A stretch of DNA of 64,000 bases from Fidelibacterota bacterium (GCA_046861385.1 JBHHTW010000001.1:95910-159909), one strand, 5' to 3'; positions 1 to 12,359 are shown, counted from the stretch's first letter. The notes: generated from the sequence alone by a model not told the origin. Translations and numbers: made by a program.

Positions 1-2
1 TA

Positions 3-365
<363 letters not shown>

Positions 366-389
366 ATGAAATATTTCATGTAAAAACAA

Positions 390-419
390 TTGACTGAAAA
401 ACTAAATAAATAGTAATTT
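390..419 (+). promoter_or_regulatory. Putative sigma70 promoter of the str operon
   Basis: TTGACT(390-395)-18 nt-TAATTT(414-419) just upstream of rpsL. Confidence 0.45.
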
Positions 420-441
420 TATTGGCTTTTTAGGAACTGAT

Positions 442-813
442 ATGCCGACGATAAACCAATTAATAAGAAAAGGGCGCAAGGCTGTAACAAAAAAAACATC
501 TACACCTGCTCTGACTGGAAATCCTCACAAAAGAGGAGTGTGCACACGTGTGTATACAACAACACCGAAAAAGCCTAATTCGGCTCTTCGAAAAGTTGCT
601 CGTGTACGATTAACAAATGGCCGAGAGGTAAATGCATACATTCCCGGTGAAGGACACAATCTTCAAGAGCATTCAATTGTATTAATTGAAGGCGGACGAG
701 TGAAAGATTTGCCAGGAGTTAGATATCATATTGTTAGGGGAACATTGGATACAGCAGGAGTTTCAGACCGCCGGACAAGTCGTTCGCGTTACGGTGCGAA
801 GAAACCTAAATAG
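442..813 (+). CDS. rpsL: 30S ribosomal protein S12
   Basis: [21 protein letters not shown] and [12 protein letters not shown]. Confidence 0.99.
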   Translation: MPTINQLIRKGRKAVTKKTSTPALTGNPHKRGVCTRVYTTTPKKPNSALRKVARVRLTNGREVNAYIPGEGHNLQEHSIVLIEGGRVKDLPGVRYHIVRGTLDTAGVSDRRTSRSRYGAKKPK

Positions 814-819
814 GAAATC

Positions 820-1284
820 ATGAGACGCAGAAGACCAGAAAGAAGACAGATTTTACCTGATCCGGTTTATAATAACCTTTCAGTTGCAAAATTTATCAAC
901 TACTTAATTATGGGTGGAAAGAAAGGCATGGCGGAGAAGATTTTCTATTCTGCTATGGAATCTATTAAAAGCAAAACCAAAACAGATGGTTTTAAAATTT
1001 TTGAGAAGGCAATCGAAAAAACGCAACCCCTTGTTGAAGTAAAATCCAGAAGAATTGGAGGGGCAACGTATCAAGTGCCTATTGAAGTTCCTATAAGGCG
1101 TCGTTTCTACCTGGCGTCTCAGTGGATAATTAATTCAGCAAGACGTAGAAAAGGTAAACCAATGGCTGATTGTTTAGCCTCAGAATTAATTGCAGCCGCA
1201 AATGAAGAGGGTGGTGCTATTAAGAAAAAAGACGATACACACCGAATGGCTGAAGCAAACAAAGCATTTGCCCATTTTCGTTAA
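820..1284 (+). CDS. rpsG: 30S ribosomal protein S7
   Basis: EVKSRRIGGATYQVP, HRMAEANKAFAHFR. Confidence 0.99.
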   Translation: MRRRRPERRQILPDPVYNNLSVAKFINYLIMGGKKGMAEKIFYSAMESIKSKTKTDGFKIFEKAIEKTQPLVEVKSRRIGGATYQVPIEVPIRRRFYLASQWIINSARRRKGKPMADCLASELIAAANEEGGAIKKKDDTHRMAEANKAFAHFR

Positions 1285-1294
1285 GATATAGTTT

Positions 1295-3385
1295 ATGAAA
1301 CACATTCCGCTAAATAGAGTCCGTAATATTGGTATCATGGCGCATATTGATGCTGGTAAAACCACTTTGACTGAGCGAGTTCTTTATTACACCGGCAGAA
1401 CTCATAAAATAGGGGAAGTTCACGAAGGTGGTGCAACCATGGATTGGATGGAGCAGGAGAAAGAGCGTGGTATCACCATTACTTCTGCCGCGACGACAGC
1501 AATATGGCAAGATCATAGAATTAATATTATAGACACTCCCGGACATGTGGATTTCACAGTCGAAGTTGAGCGCTCTTTGCGGGTTCTTGATGGCGCATGT
1601 GCAGTTTTTTGTGCTGTGGGTGGTGTCGAACCTCAAAGTGAGACTGTTTGGCGTCAGGCTGATAAATACAAAGTCCCGCGCATTGCATTTGTCAATAAAA
1701 TGGATCGTACAGGTAGCGATTTCTATAACGTTCTTGAGATGATAAAAAATCGTCTTGGTGCAAATCCTCTACCGATTGTTATACCGATCGGCGCAGGTGA
1801 TTTATTCACCGGTATTGTTGATTTATTGTCAATGAAAGCAATTTTATATAATGAATTTTCATTAGGAGCCCGTTTTGAATACGGCGATATTCCTAATGAT
1901 ATGGTTGAAGAAGCAGAAAAATGGCGTCACCATCTAATTGAGGAGACGGCAACATATGATGAAGGCTTAATGGAAAAATATCTTGAAGAAGAACCAATTT
2001 CTATTGATGAACTCAAAGCTGCGATTCGAAAGGGATGTCTTGATAATACCTTTATTCCTACCCTTTGTGGCTCTGCTTTCAAAAATAAAGGAGTGCAAAG
2101 ATTATTAGATGCGGTTATTGATTTTATGCCATCACCAAAAGACATTGGTGAGATTCACGGTTTAGATCCAAACGATTCTGATAAGAAACTAATTCGCCAT
2201 TCTAGTGTTGATGAACCGTTTAGCGCATTAGCTTTCAAGATTATGACTGATCCTTATGTAGGAAAATTGACCTACATGCGTGTTTATTCCGGTAAGTTGG
2301 ATAAAGGATCATATATTTATAATGCCAATACTGGAAAACGTGAACGTGTTAGCCGACTTTTGTTAATGCATGCCAATAAGCGTGAAGAGCTTGAAGTGGT
2401 AAACGCTGGAGAAATTGTTGCTGCAGTTGGACTAAAAAAGACCTTTACGGGAAATACCTTATGTAATGAGGATAATCCCATATTGTTAGAGTCAATGGAC
2501 TTCCCCGAACCTGTTGTCGAAGTGTCCGTTGAACCGGCTTCAAAAGCAGATCAAGATAATTTATCAAAGGCATTAGTTAAACTTGGTGAAGAAGACCCAA
2601 CATTTAAAGTATCTATTAATCAGGACACCGGTCAGACGATTATTGCTGGAATGGGTGAGCTGCATTTAGAAATTTTAATTGACAGACTATTAAGAGAATT
2701 TAGCGTACAGGCTAAAATTGGTAAACCGCAAGTTGCTTATGCTGAGGCGATTACAAAACGTGTTGAAAATATTGATGTAAAATTTGTTAGACAGTCCGGT
2801 GGTCGTGGCCAATACGGGCATGTCGTTATTAATGCAGAACCAAATGAAACTGGTAAAGGCTTTCATTTCGAAAATAAAATTGTTGGTGGTGTTATTCCCA
2901 GAGAATACATCCCATCAGTGAGTAGGGGAATTGAAGAAGCAATTAAAAATGGTATAATTGCAGGATATCCTCTTGAAGACGTGAGGGTGGAGTTGATTTA
3001 TGGTTCATATCACGATGTTGATTCTTCAGAAATGGCTTTTAAAATTGCCGGTTCTATGGCAATTCAGGAAGCTTGTCGCAAAGCGAAGCCGGTTTTAATG
3101 GAACCGATTATGCAGGTTGAAGTAATTGTGCCGGATGAATATCTGGGCGATGTGATGGGGGACATCAATTCTCGGAGAGGAAATGTCCAGGGAATGGCTC
3201 AAAGAAATGATGCTCAGGTAGTGAATGCATTAGTTCCATTGAGTAGTATGTTTGGGTATGTAACAGATTTAAGATCCCTGACCCAGGGAAGAGCTGTTTT
3301 TCACATGGAATTTGCTGAATACAAGAAAGTTCCAGCAAGCGTGGAATCAGAAATTTTAGAAAAAGTACATGGAAAAGCTTCTTAA
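1295..3385 (+). CDS. fusA: Elongation factor G
   Basis: [30 protein letters not shown]; position in str operon. Confidence 0.99.
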   Translation: MKHIPLNRVRNIGIMAHIDAGKTTLTERVLYYTGRTHKIGEVHEGGATMDWMEQEKERGITITSAATTAIWQDHRINIIDTPGHVDFTVEVERSLRVLDGACAVFCAVGGVEPQSETVWRQADKYKVPRIAFVNKMDRTGSDFYNVLEMIKNRLGANPLPIVIPIGAGDLFTGIVDLLSMKAILYNEFSLGARFEYGDIPNDMVEEAEKWRHHLIEETATYDEGLMEKYLEEEPISIDELKAAIRKGCLDNTFIPTLCGSAFKNKGVQRLLDAVIDFMPSPKDIGEIHGLDPNDSDKKLIRHSSVDEPFSALAFKIMTDPYVGKLTYMRVYSGKLDKGSYIYNANTGKRERVSRLLLMHANKREELEVVNAGEIVAAVGLKKTFTGNTLCNEDNPILLESMDFPEPVVEVSVEPASKADQDNLSKALVKLGEEDPTFKVSINQDTGQTIIAGMGELHLEILIDRLLREFSVQAKIGKPQVAYAEAITKRVENIDVKFVRQSGGRGQYGHVVINAEPNETGKGFHFENKIVGGVIPREYIPSVSRGIEEAIKNGIIAGYPLEDVRVELIYGSYHDVDSSEMAFKIAGSMAIQEACRKAKPVLMEPIMQVEVIVPDEYLGDVMGDINSRRGNVQGMAQRNDAQVVNALVPLSSMFGYVTDLRSLTQGRAVFHMEFAEYKKVPASVESEILEKVHGKAS

Positions 3386-3408
3386 GTATTAAATAACGGA
3401 GTAAAGAG

Positions 3409-4599
3409 ATGTCTAAGGCAAAATTCGAGCGAACAAAACCACATGTAAATATAGGAACGATCGGTCACGTCGATCATGGCAAGACGACGTTGACGGCTGC
3501 GATCACTCTGGTACAGTCGGCCAGGGGAATGGCAGAGACACGTTCATTTGATAGTATAGATAACGCTCCGGAAGAGCGTGAGCGAGGGATCACCATTCAG
3601 ACAGCTCATGTGGAGTATGAGACGGAAAAGCGTCATTATGCACATGTAGACTGTCCGGGTCACGCGGATTACATTAAGAATATGATCACCGGAGCCGCGC
3701 AGATGGATGGGGCGATATTGGTTGTGAGCGCAGCGGATGGTCCGATGCCTCAGACGCGAGAGCATGTATTATTGGCTCGTCAGGTAAATGTGCCCAGTTT
3801 GGTAATATTTATGAATAAGACAGATCAGGTAGATGATCCTGAGTTATTAGAGTTAGTGGAGATGGAATTGAGGGATTTATTGAATGAGTATGAGTTTCCC
3901 GGTGATGATACGCCGATAATAATGGGAAGCGCACTGAACGCATTGAGTAATCCAGGAGATGAAGAAGCGAATAAATGTGTTGTTGAGTTGATGGAAGCCT
4001 GTGATAGTTTTATACCGGATCCTACCCGAGACGTAGACAGGCCCTTTTTAATGCCGGTGGAGGATGTATTTTCCATCACAGGTCGGGGTACGGTAGGGAC
4101 TGGACGAATTGAGCGAGGGATCGTAAAGGTAGGAGATGTAGTGGAAATGATAGGAATGGGTGAGCATAAGAAGACCACAGTGACGGGAGTAGAGATGTTC
4201 AGGAAGTTGTTAGATGAAGGTCAGGCGGGAGATAATGCAGGTTTATTGCTTCGAGGAGTTGATAAGGAAGAGTTGAAGCGCGGGATGGTATTGGCAGCTC
4301 CGGGTTCCATTACACCTCATACAAAGTTTAAGGCGAATGTATATGTATTGAAGAAGGAAGAAGGTGGTCGTCACACGCCATTTTTCAATGGATATCGTCC
4401 GCAGTTTTATTTTAGGACCACGGATGTAACGGGAGTGGTGACGCTGCCGGCAGGAACAGAGATGGTTATGCCGGGAGACAATATTGTGATGGATGTGGAG
4501 ATGATTACTTCGATAGCGATGGATAAGGAGCTGCGTTTTGCAATTCGCGAAGGCGGCCGGACTGTAGGTGCTGGAGTTGTAACGGAGATTGTTGAGTAA
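3409..4599 (+). CDS. tuf: Elongation factor Tu
   Basis: [39 protein letters not shown]. Confidence 0.99.
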   Translation: MSKAKFERTKPHVNIGTIGHVDHGKTTLTAAITLVQSARGMAETRSFDSIDNAPEERERGITIQTAHVEYETEKRHYAHVDCPGHADYIKNMITGAAQMDGAILVVSAADGPMPQTREHVLLARQVNVPSLVIFMNKTDQVDDPELLELVEMELRDLLNEYEFPGDDTPIIMGSALNALSNPGDEEANKCVVELMEACDSFIPDPTRDVDRPFLMPVEDVFSITGRGTVGTGRIERGIVKVGDVVEMIGMGEHKKTTVTGVEMFRKLLDEGQAGDNAGLLLRGVDKEELKRGMVLAAPGSITPHTKFKANVYVLKKEEGGRHTPFFNGYRPQFYFRTTDVTGVVTLPAGTEMVMPGDNIVMDVEMITSIAMDKELRFAIREGGRTVGAGVVTEIVE

Positions 4600-4611
4600 A
4601 AAGGATAGAAT

Positions 4612-4920
4612 GTGGCAAATCAAACAATAAGAATTAGTCTTAAAGCTTACGACCATCATCTGTTGGACAAGTCAACTGTAAAAATCGTGAAAACTGCAAA
4701 ATCCACCGGAGCCATTATTTCCGGTCCTATTCCTATGCCGACAAAACGCACCATATACACCGTGTTGAGATCTCCTTTTGTTGATAAGAAATCAAGAGAG
4801 CAATTTCAGACCAAAATACATAAGCGGGTAGTTGACATATTAAATTCAACACCTAAAACAGTTGAAGCATTAATGAAACTGGACCTGCCTGCAGGTGTTG
4901 ATATTGAGATTAAGGTCTGA
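4612..4920 (+). CDS. rpsJ: 30S ribosomal protein S10 (GTG start)
   Basis: [22 protein letters not shown]. Confidence 0.98.
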   Translation: MANQTIRISLKAYDHHLLDKSTVKIVKTAKSTGAIISGPIPMPTKRTIYTVLRSPFVDKKSREQFQTKIHKRVVDILNSTPKTVEALMKLDLPAGVDIEIKV

Positions 4921-4922
4921 TT

Positions 4923-5540
4923 ATGCGCGGTTTAATTGGAAAAAAAGTTGGAATGACGCAACTATTTGGCGATGAGGGAACAGTATATCCGGTAACTATT
5001 GTAGAAGTTGGTCCGTGTGTTGTTACGCAGATTAAGACTGACGTAAAAGATGGATATTCTGCTGTACAACTCGGTTTTGGTGAACGAAAAGAAAAGCATA
5101 CCAATAAACCTATGAAAGGTTTGTATGCAAAATCAAATATTTCCCCTAAAAAAGTATTATCTGAATTTGAGCCAATTTCTGGATATGAATACAAAGTAGG
5201 TCAGGAATTTGGTGCATCAATATTTAATGAGGGAGAATTGGTCAATGTTACTGGAACGTCCAAAGGTAAAGGATTTACAGGCGTAATTAAACGGCATGGT
5301 TTTAGCCGCGGTCCTGTAACCCATGGTCAAAGAGAATATTTACGTTCACCAGGTTCAATCGGACAGGCCTCAGACCCTTCGAGGGTTTTCAAAGGAATGA
5401 AAATGGCTGGTCATAGCGGGGTGCAAAAAGTCACCATAAAAAACCTAGAAATAGTGAAAGTTGATAGCAGTAATAATCAGCTTTTTATCAAAGGTGCGGT
5501 GCCTGGTGTTAACAACAGTTATGTACTGATTAAGAAATAA
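4923..5540 (+). CDS. rplC: 50S ribosomal protein L3
   Basis: GKKVGMTQ, SKGKGFTG..KRHGF. Confidence 0.98.
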   Translation: MRGLIGKKVGMTQLFGDEGTVYPVTIVEVGPCVVTQIKTDVKDGYSAVQLGFGERKEKHTNKPMKGLYAKSNISPKKVLSEFEPISGYEYKVGQEFGASIFNEGELVNVTGTSKGKGFTGVIKRHGFSRGPVTHGQREYLRSPGSIGQASDPSRVFKGMKMAGHSGVQKVTIKNLEIVKVDSSNNQLFIKGAVPGVNNSYVLIKK

Positions 5541-5542
5541 TT

Positions 5543-6172
5543 ATGGAATTGCAAGTATATAAAAAAGACGGTAGCAAAGCTTCAAAAATGAAGCTAAATG
5601 ATTCAGTATTCGGAGTGAATCCAAATGAAGACGTTGTCTATCGCGCCGTTCAATCAGAGCTAACCAATAGCCGTCAGGGGACCCACTCTGCGAAAAGCCG
5701 AGGAATGGTTAGAGGTGGAGGTAAAAAACCCTTTAAACAAAAAGGTCGCGGCGTAGCTCGCGCAGGGACAACGCGTTCACCCTTATGGCGTGGAGGTGGC
5801 ACTGTATTTGGTCCGCTTCCGCATGATTATTCCTTTAAAATGCCAAAGAAAATGAAGCAATTAGCCCGCCGATCTATTTTGTCCTATAAAGCCAATAATG
5901 ACGGTCTCATTATTTTAGATGAAATAAGGGTTTCTCGTCCAAAAACAAATGAATTTATTAAAATATTAAATGAATTAAATATTGGTCATAAAAAGATAAC
6001 CGTATTATTGGGAGACCTTAAGACTGATGTTTTACTCGCCGGTAGAAATATACGCAATATTGCAATTTTAGAAGCCAAAGATGCCAGTGCATATGATTTA
6101 ATAGATTGCGACGTGATATTAACTGATAAATCAGGCGTGGATGTATTAACCAATCAATTAATGGTGCAATAA
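5543..6172 (+). CDS. rplD: 50S ribosomal protein L4
   Basis: RQGTHSAK.RGMVRGGGKKPFKQKG, SPLWRGGG. Confidence 0.98.
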   Translation: MELQVYKKDGSKASKMKLNDSVFGVNPNEDVVYRAVQSELTNSRQGTHSAKSRGMVRGGGKKPFKQKGRGVARAGTTRSPLWRGGGTVFGPLPHDYSFKMPKKMKQLARRSILSYKANNDGLIILDEIRVSRPKTNEFIKILNELNIGHKKITVLLGDLKTDVLLAGRNIRNIAILEAKDASAYDLIDCDVILTDKSGVDVLTNQLMVQ

Positions 6173-6486
6173 TGTCTACGAGAGAAATAATTATTAAACC
6201 GATTTTTACCGAAAAAATGAGTCAATTGGAAGAATCCGAACGTAAATACGCATTTCAGGTAGAAAGTTTGGCGAACAAAATTGAAATAAAAGCCGCTATT
6301 GAAAAACGTTTTGATGTAGAGGTTGACAAAGTTGCAACCATGAATCGTTTAGGAAAAACCAAGCAGATGACTATGCGCAGCGGTGGAAGAACTATCAGAA
6401 CAAATGGACGTCGATCCGGATGGAAAAAAGCAGTCGTTACCTTAAAGGTAGGCTTTAATATTGACCTTGTAGGAGGAGAAGTCTGA
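6172..6486 (+). CDS. rplW: 50S ribosomal protein L23
   Basis: [21 protein letters not shown]; synteny. Confidence 0.97.
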   Translation: MSTREIIIKPIFTEKMSQLEESERKYAFQVESLANKIEIKAAIEKRFDVEVDKVATMNRLGKTKQMTMRSGGRTIRTNGRRSGWKKAVVTLKVGFNIDLVGGEV

Positions 6487-6488
6487 TT

Positions 6489-7313
6489 ATGGGTGTACGT
6501 ACTATAAAGCCAACAACTCCTGGTAATCGTTTTTCAACTCGTCCTGATTTTTCCGAAATTACCAAAGATACCCCTGAAAAAAGTTTAACGGTCGCCAAGA
6601 GAAAAACAGGCGGACGAAATAATAATGGAAGAATTACTTCTCGACATAGAGGAGGCGGTCATAAACAGCGCTATCGTATAATTGATTTTAAGCGTGATAA
6701 ATTCGATGTTCCCGCCAAAATAGCTGCCATTGAATATGATCCGAATCGGTCGGCGAATATCGCTCTTTTGCACTATGCAGATGGTGAAAAACGGTATATA
6801 CTTGCCCCATTTGGGATTAAAGTTGGCGATACCATAACATCCGGAGAAGATGCTCCGTTAAGAGTTGGGAATGCCCTGCCACTAAAAAATATTCCAACCG
6901 GTATGGTAGTTCATAATTTAGAACTAACGCCTGGAAAAGGCGGTCAAATGGTTCGCAGCGCAGGTTCTTCTGCTCAGGTTATGGCGAGAGATGGAGGTTT
7001 TACAACCATTAAGTTGCCCTCAAATGAACTTCGTTTAATTCGAAATGAATGCTATGCCACCCTTGGTGAGGTCGGGAATAAAACGCACGAACAAGTTATA
7101 TCCGGAAAAGCAGGACGTACCCGGTGGCTTGGAATTAGACCTACCGTCCGGGGTGTAGCAATGAATCCGGTTGATCACCCGATGGGTGGTGGTGAAGGAA
7201 AATCTTCCGGTGGGCGTCATCCAACAACACCATGGGGTAAACCAACAAAAGGTTACAAGACACGAAAGAGAAACAAGAAATCGAATGATTATATTGTGAA
7301 GAGGAGAAAATAG
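6489..7313 (+). CDS. rplB: 50S ribosomal protein L2
   Basis: [36 protein letters not shown]. Confidence 0.99.
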   Translation: MGVRTIKPTTPGNRFSTRPDFSEITKDTPEKSLTVAKRKTGGRNNNGRITSRHRGGGHKQRYRIIDFKRDKFDVPAKIAAIEYDPNRSANIALLHYADGEKRYILAPFGIKVGDTITSGEDAPLRVGNALPLKNIPTGMVVHNLELTPGKGGQMVRSAGSSAQVMARDGGFTTIKLPSNELRLIRNECYATLGEVGNKTHEQVISGKAGRTRWLGIRPTVRGVAMNPVDHPMGGGEGKSSGGRHPTTPWGKPTKGYKTRKRNKKSNDYIVKRRK

Positions 7314-7314
7314 G

Positions 7315-7581
7315 ATGGCAAGATCTTTAAAAAAAGGACCGTTTGTAGATGAAAAACTGCTCAAGAAAATCTTCGCCATGAATGATAGTGGAAAAAAAAG
7401 GGTAATAAAAACGTGGTCCCGTCGTTCTATGATCACTCCCGATTTTGTCGGACATACATTTGCTGTTCATAATGGAAATAAATTTATTCCAGTATTTATT
7501 TCGGAGAATATGGTTGGTCATAAATTAGGCGAATTTGCCCCAACAAGAATATTTAGAATGCATTCAGGAGACAGAAAATAA
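7315..7581 (+). CDS. rpsS: 30S ribosomal protein S19
   Basis: [26 protein letters not shown]. Confidence 0.99.
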   Translation: MARSLKKGPFVDEKLLKKIFAMNDSGKKRVIKTWSRRSMITPDFVGHTFAVHNGNKFIPVFISENMVGHKLGEFAPTRIFRMHSGDRK

Positions 7582-7583
7582 TA

Positions 7584-7925
7584 ATGGAAGCTCAAGCCAG
7601 TAGTCGTTACGTCAGACAATCACCGTACAAAATTCGTATTGTGATGGATGAAGTGCGAGGAAAAAAAGTTGGTGATGCATTGAATTATTTACATTTTTCA
7701 CCCAAAAAAGCTGCAAGTATACTTGAGAAAACCATTCGATCGGCCGTGAGCAACCTTTTGCAAAATACTGAAAATTCTGATGTTGATCCTGATGGTTTAA
7801 TTGTGTCAAAAGCATTTGTAAATGGCGGACCTCATATGAAGCGAATTCGCGCCGCATCCATGGGCAGAGTTTCCAGATTAAATAAACCAACCAGTCATGT
7901 CACTATAGTGGTAAGTGACAAGTAA
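7584..7925 (+). CDS. rplV: 50S ribosomal protein L22
   Basis: RQSPYKIR, KPTSHVTIVV; synteny. Confidence 0.97.
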   Translation: MEAQASSRYVRQSPYKIRIVMDEVRGKKVGDALNYLHFSPKKAASILEKTIRSAVSNLLQNTENSDVDPDGLIVSKAFVNGGPHMKRIRAASMGRVSRLNKPTSHVTIVVSDK

Positions 7926-7934
7926 GGAGCAATT

Positions 7935-8558
7935 TTGGGTCAAAAGACACATCCAATAGGTTTTCGTTTATCCGTCAATAAAAATTGGCGTTCAAAATGG
8001 TATGCGAATAAATCGTTTTCACAATATCTTGAGGAAGATGTTCGGATTCGGAAATATATCAAATTACGTTTACCTAACGCTGGTATTTCAAGAGTTGAAA
8101 TTAGCCGCACTTCTAAAATCGTAACAGTAACTATATTCACCGCTCGTCCGGGAATTGTGATTGGTAAGGGTGGGGAAGAAGTTGGACGGCTTAAACAAGA
8201 AGTTAATCAGCTGACTGAGAAAGATGTACAAATTAATATTTCTGAAGTAAAACGGCCTGAGCTAGATTCGGCTCTTGTAGGTGCAAACATTGCCCATCAA
8301 TTAGTAAAAAAGATTTCATACCGACGGGTAGTTAGTAAAGCCATTCAATCGACAATGAGGATGGGAGCACAGGGAATACGTATAAATGTTGCAGGTCGAT
8401 TAGGTGGTGCTGAAATTGCCAGAAGTGAAAAATTTCATGAAGGAAGAGTCCCTCTTCACACTCTTCGTGCCGATATCGATTATGCACTGACAGAAGCGGA
8501 AACTGCCTATGGTATTATCGGAATAAAAGTTTGGATTTGTAGTGGGGAATCAGCTTAA
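7935..8558 (+). CDS. rpsC: 30S ribosomal protein S3 (TTG start)
   Basis: GQKTHPIGFRL, GRLGGAEIARSE, PLHTLRADIDY. Confidence 0.99.
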   Translation: MGQKTHPIGFRLSVNKNWRSKWYANKSFSQYLEEDVRIRKYIKLRLPNAGISRVEISRTSKIVTVTIFTARPGIVIGKGGEEVGRLKQEVNQLTEKDVQINISEVKRPELDSALVGANIAHQLVKKISYRRVVSKAIQSTMRMGAQGIRINVAGRLGGAEIARSEKFHEGRVPLHTLRADIDYALTEAETAYGIIGIKVWICSGESA

Positions 8559-8567
8559 GAGTTTATT

Positions 8568-8981
8568 ATGTTAGAGCCGAGAAAAGTAAAATATAGACGT
8601 CATCACAGAGGAAACCGTCGCGGGATGGCAAAAAGAGGAACCGAAGTGGCCTTTGGCAGCTATGGATTGAAAGCCATGGGTCCCGGTTGGATCACTGCCA
8701 GGCAGATAGAGGCAGCTCGTATTACCATTTCAAGGGTTGTCCGAAAGACGGGAAAGATGTGGATTCGTATTTTTCCGGATAAACCTATTACCAAAAAACC
8801 AGCTGAAACTCGCATGGGTAAAGGTAAGGGATCTCCGGAATATTGGGTGTCCGTCGTAAAACCCGGACGCATTTTATTCGAAATTGAAGGCGTAGATAGA
8901 GAGATGGCTGAGTTAGCTTTTACAAATGCATCCCATAAATTACCAATTAAAACAAGAATTGTAGAACGGAAAGAAGGATAA
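8568..8981 (+). CDS. rplP: 50S ribosomal protein L16
   Basis: [19 protein letters not shown]. Confidence 0.99.
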   Translation: MLEPRKVKYRRHHRGNRRGMAKRGTEVAFGSYGLKAMGPGWITARQIEAARITISRVVRKTGKMWIRIFPDKPITKKPAETRMGKGKGSPEYWVSVVKPGRILFEIEGVDREMAELAFTNASHKLPIKTRIVERKEG

Positions 8982-9196
8982 TGAAACGTTCTGAACTATC
9001 AGAAATGAACACTGATGAATTGCAAGTTAAGCTTCATGAAAATTTAGAAGCTTTACAAAATTTGAGGTTTCAAAAATCATTACAGCAGTTAGAAAATCCT
9101 GTTCAGCTTAAATATTTAAGAAGAGAAATCGCGCAGATTAAAACGGTGATGAATGAATATTCCACTGGCATTCGTAAAGAAAAAGGTGCTAAATAA
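8981..9196 (+). CDS. rpmC: 50S ribosomal protein L29
   Basis: NLRFQ...QLENP...RREIAQIKT; synteny. Confidence 0.96.
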   Translation: MKRSELSEMNTDELQVKLHENLEALQNLRFQKSLQQLENPVQLKYLRREIAQIKTVMNEYSTGIRKEKGAK

Positions 9197-9198
9197 TT

Positions 9199-9459
9199 AT
9201 GGAACGTAAAAAACAGTTATTGACTGGTGAAGTTGTCAGTGTTAAAATGGAAAAAACGGTCGTTGTAAAAGTCACGAGACGAATTCGACATAAAGTTTAT
9301 AAAAAAATTATCAACGATACGAAAAGATATAAGGCTCATGTTGGCAATGTTATTCCAAAATTGGGAGATATTGTAAGCATTTCTTCTTCAAGACCTATCA
9401 GTAAGCAAGTCCGCTGGCAGGTAAGTGAAATTATTAGAGAATCAGTAAAGATTGGTTAA
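9199..9459 (+). CDS. rpsQ: 30S ribosomal protein S17
   Basis: [19 protein letters not shown]; synteny. Confidence 0.96.
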   Translation: MERKKQLLTGEVVSVKMEKTVVVKVTRRIRHKVYKKIINDTKRYKAHVGNVIPKLGDIVSISSSRPISKQVRWQVSEIIRESVKIG

Positions 9460-9464
9460 AAAAG

Positions 9465-9833
9465 GTGATCCAGCAAGAAACACGATTAAAAGTTGCAGAT
9501 AATACGGGCGCAAAAGAAGTGTTATGCTTCAAAATTATTGGCGGCTCTAAGAGGCGCTATGCTACCATCGGTGATATTATCGTTATAACTGTTAAAAAAG
9601 CGATTCCCGGCGGAATGGTTAAAAAAGGAGAAGTATCTCGTGCTGTGGTTGTACGGACCAGTAAAGAAGTTCGTCGAAAAGACGGTACTTACATTCGTTT
9701 TGACGATAATGCTGCCGTATTATTAAATAATGCAGGTGAGCCTAAAGGGACACGAATCTTTGGACCCGTTGCCCGAGAATTGCGTGATGGTGGTTATATG
9801 AAAATTATATCCATGGCTCCGGAGGTCTTGTAA
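9465..9833 (+). CDS. rplN: 50S ribosomal protein L14 (GTG start)
   Basis: [28 protein letters not shown]. Confidence 0.99.
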   Translation: MIQQETRLKVADNTGAKEVLCFKIIGGSKRRYATIGDIIVITVKKAIPGGMVKKGEVSRAVVVRTSKEVRRKDGTYIRFDDNAAVLLNNAGEPKGTRIFGPVARELRDGGYMKIISMAPEVL

Positions 9834-10138
9834 TGCACATTAAGAAAAATATGACTGTTAGAGTAATTTCTGGAAATCACAAAGGTTCTGAAGGAAAAGT
9901 GCTTCACATTGTACCTGAGTCAGATAAGGTGATTATTGAAGGTGTGAACTTAGTGAAGCGTGCCACTCGCCCATCACAGGACAATCCATCTGGAGGCTTT
10001 GTTGAAAAAGAAGCGCCTCTTCACATATCAAATGTGTTGCCTGTTCATAAAGGGAATGTTACTCGGGTTGGATATAAAAAATTAGATAATGGTCGTAAAG
10101 TGCGTATTGCCGTAAAGACTAGAGAAGAGTTAGAATAA
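9833..10138 (+). CDS. rplX: 50S ribosomal protein L24
   Basis: KOW motif [23 protein letters not shown]. Confidence 0.97.
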   Translation: MHIKKNMTVRVISGNHKGSEGKVLHIVPESDKVIIEGVNLVKRATRPSQDNPSGGFVEKEAPLHISNVLPVHKGNVTRVGYKKLDNGRKVRIAVKTREELE

Positions 10139-10142
10139 TATT

Positions 10143-10841
10143 ATGGCTGTAAAAAAACCAACTAAAGCAACTGTGAAAAAGCAAACATCTGTGAAATCAG
10201 TGCCAAAAAAGCAGACGGTAAAAAAGAGTGCTAAGAAAAAAAGTGCACCGAGTAAAGCCATATACATTCCAAATTTAAAAAAGCTTTACAATGAAAAAAT
10301 TATTCCAGCATTAATCAAACAATTTAGTTACAAAAATAAAATGGAAGTTCCGCGTATTACGATGATATCATTGAATATGGGAATTGGTGATGCTAAAAAT
10401 AATCCAAAAGCATTGGAGCGTGCTGTAGAAGAATTAACAATGGTTACTGGGCAAAAAGCAGTTGTTACACGTTCGAGAAAAGATATCTCAAACTTCAAAA
10501 TACGTTTTGGGTTTCCCGTGGGTTGTAAAGTCAACCTCCGTGGTAATCGTATGTACGAATTTTTAGAAAGGCTCATTTCGATAGCATTACCCAGGACGAG
10601 AGATTTTACAGGATTATCTTTTAAATCTTTTGATCGCAAAGGCAACTATTCTTTCGGTGTCAAAGAACAAATTATTTTTAATGAAATCGATTATGATAAA
10701 GTGGATTCAATCAGAGGTATGGATATAACCATAACTACCTCTGCGTCTTCGGATAACGAAGCGTATGGGTTATTAAAAGCATTTGGGTTTCCTTTACGAG
10801 ATAAACCTGTTAAACAAAAAGAAGTCGCAGAGGCTGCTTAA
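10143..10841 (+). CDS. rplE: 50S ribosomal protein L5 with Lys-rich N-terminal extension
   Basis: L5 core ([30 protein letters not shown]) preceded by about 40 low-complexity basic residues. Confidence 0.98.
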   Translation: MAVKKPTKATVKKQTSVKSVPKKQTVKKSAKKKSAPSKAIYIPNLKKLYNEKIIPALIKQFSYKNKMEVPRITMISLNMGIGDAKNNPKALERAVEELTMVTGQKAVVTRSRKDISNFKIRFGFPVGCKVNLRGNRMYEFLERLISIALPRTRDFTGLSFKSFDRKGNYSFGVKEQIIFNEIDYDKVDSIRGMDITITTSASSDNEAYGLLKAFGFPLRDKPVKQKEVAEAA

Positions 10842-11026
10842 TGGCAAAAAAATCACTTATTGTTAAATCAAAAAAGAAACAGAAGTTTTCAACGCGGGAA
10901 TACAATCGCTGCTTTAATTGCGGACGGCCCGATGGGTATTTGAGGAAATTTGGTTTGTGTAGAATTTGTTTCCGTGAAATGGCGCTTAAGGGCGAAATCC
11001 CCGGAATAACGAAAGCAAGTTGGTAA
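10841..11026 (+). CDS. rpsN: 30S ribosomal protein S14, Zn-binding short type
   Basis: 61 aa, CxxC..CxxC (CFNC, CRIC), IPG..KASW. Confidence 0.98.
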   Translation: MAKKSLIVKSKKKQKFSTREYNRCFNCGRPDGYLRKFGLCRICFREMALKGEIPGITKASW

Positions 11027-11039
11027 GGAGAATTAATTA

Positions 11040-11438
11040 ATGAGTATGACGGATCCAATTGCAGATTTGTTAACCCGTATTCGGAACGGTTTACACGCCC
11101 ATAAACGTTGGGTTGACATTCCATCATCCAACGAAAAAAAGAGAATTTTGTATATTTTAAAAGAAGAGAAATATATTGAAGATTTTATGTTGATCGATGA
11201 TAAGGTGAAAAAACTAATTCGAATATTTCTTAAATACGATTATCATGGTAGCCCAGTGATATCAAGAATCGAAAGAGTAAGTAAACCTGGATTACGGGTA
11301 TATAAAAGTAAAAAAGAATTACCCCGTGTTCTGGATGGGTTAGGTATATCAATTCTGTCAACATCCAAAGGAATTATTTCAAATAAGACTGCAAAGAAAA
11401 TTGGTGTTGGCGGAGAAGTTATCTGCAACGTTTGGTAA
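11040..11438 (+). CDS. rpsH: 30S ribosomal protein S8
   Basis: TDPIADLLTRIRN, SKPGLRVY, STSKG, GGEV. Confidence 0.99.
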   Translation: MSMTDPIADLLTRIRNGLHAHKRWVDIPSSNEKKRILYILKEEKYIEDFMLIDDKVKKLIRIFLKYDYHGSPVISRIERVSKPGLRVYKSKKELPRVLDGLGISILSTSKGIISNKTAKKIGVGGEVICNVW

Positions 11439-11442
11439 AAAG

Positions 11443-11985
11443 ATGTCAAGAATAGGAAAAGAACCAATTAAAATCCCCGATGATGTCAAAGTTGACATAC
11501 ATTCAAATATGGTATCAGTTAATGGTCCAAAAGGTGAATTACTAGTAAATATTCATCCGGCTATAAATATTGATCAAAAAAATGATCTCCTACATGTTTC
11601 TAGATCATCTGATATTAAAAGCCATCGTGCGTTACATGGAACAAGTCGCGTATTAGTGGCTAATGCAATAAAAGGTGTTTCTGAAGGATATAAAAAAGAA
11701 TTGGAAATCAGAGGGGTCGGTTATCAAGCCAAAATGGAAGGTAATCGGCTGGTATTACAATTAGGATATTCTCATGATATTGTTTTTGATCCCCCTGAAG
11801 GAATTGATATTAATGCCAATCGAGACTCAATCAGCATTAGCGGTATAGATAAACAAATGGTTGGAGAAATAGCTGCCAAAATTAGATCTTTTAGAAAACC
11901 TGAACCATATAAGGGTAAGGGAATTAGGTATAAAGATGAATATGTACGTTCAAAGCAAGGTAAAACTGTTGGAGGCAGTGACTAG
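11443..11985 (+). CDS. rplF: 50S ribosomal protein L6 (start corrected to ATG 11443)
   Basis: MSRIGK start; [11 protein letters not shown]. Confidence 0.98.
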   Translation: MSRIGKEPIKIPDDVKVDIHSNMVSVNGPKGELLVNIHPAINIDQKNDLLHVSRSSDIKSHRALHGTSRVLVANAIKGVSEGYKKELEIRGVGYQAKMEGNRLVLQLGYSHDIVFDPPEGIDINANRDSISISGIDKQMVGEIAAKIRSFRKPEPYKGKGIRYKDEYVRSKQGKTVGGSD

Positions 11986-11987
11986 GG

Positions 11988-12359
11988 ATGGGGCAAAATA
12001 AAGTAAAAAATATTCGATTTAGCCGAAGACGCAATCGTAGTAAACGAAATAATCGATTCCATTCTGAACGATATCGTTTAGTTGTCAATAGAAGTATCAA
12101 AAATATTTCAGCTCAGATAATAGATGATATGAATAGTACTACACTGGTTTCAGCTTCCACGATGGATAAAGATATACAAGTGAAAGTAAAAAAAGTAGAC
12201 GGTAAGGTTGGGCAGAGCAAATTAGTAGGTACACACCTTGCAGCTAAAGCAAAAAAGAATAAAATTAAAAAAGTAGTATTTGACAGAAATGGATTCCCTT
12301 ATCACGGTCGTGTTAAAGCTTTGGCTGATGGCGCTCGTGAAGGCGGGCTGAATTTCTAA
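11988..12359 (+). CDS. rplR: 50S ribosomal protein L18
   Basis: [26 protein letters not shown]. Confidence 0.98.
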   Translation: MGQNKVKNIRFSRRRNRSKRNNRFHSERYRLVVNRSIKNISAQIIDDMNSTTLVSASTMDKDIQVKVKKVDGKVGQSKLVGTHLAAKAKKNKIKKVVFDRNGFPYHGRVKALADGAREGGLNF

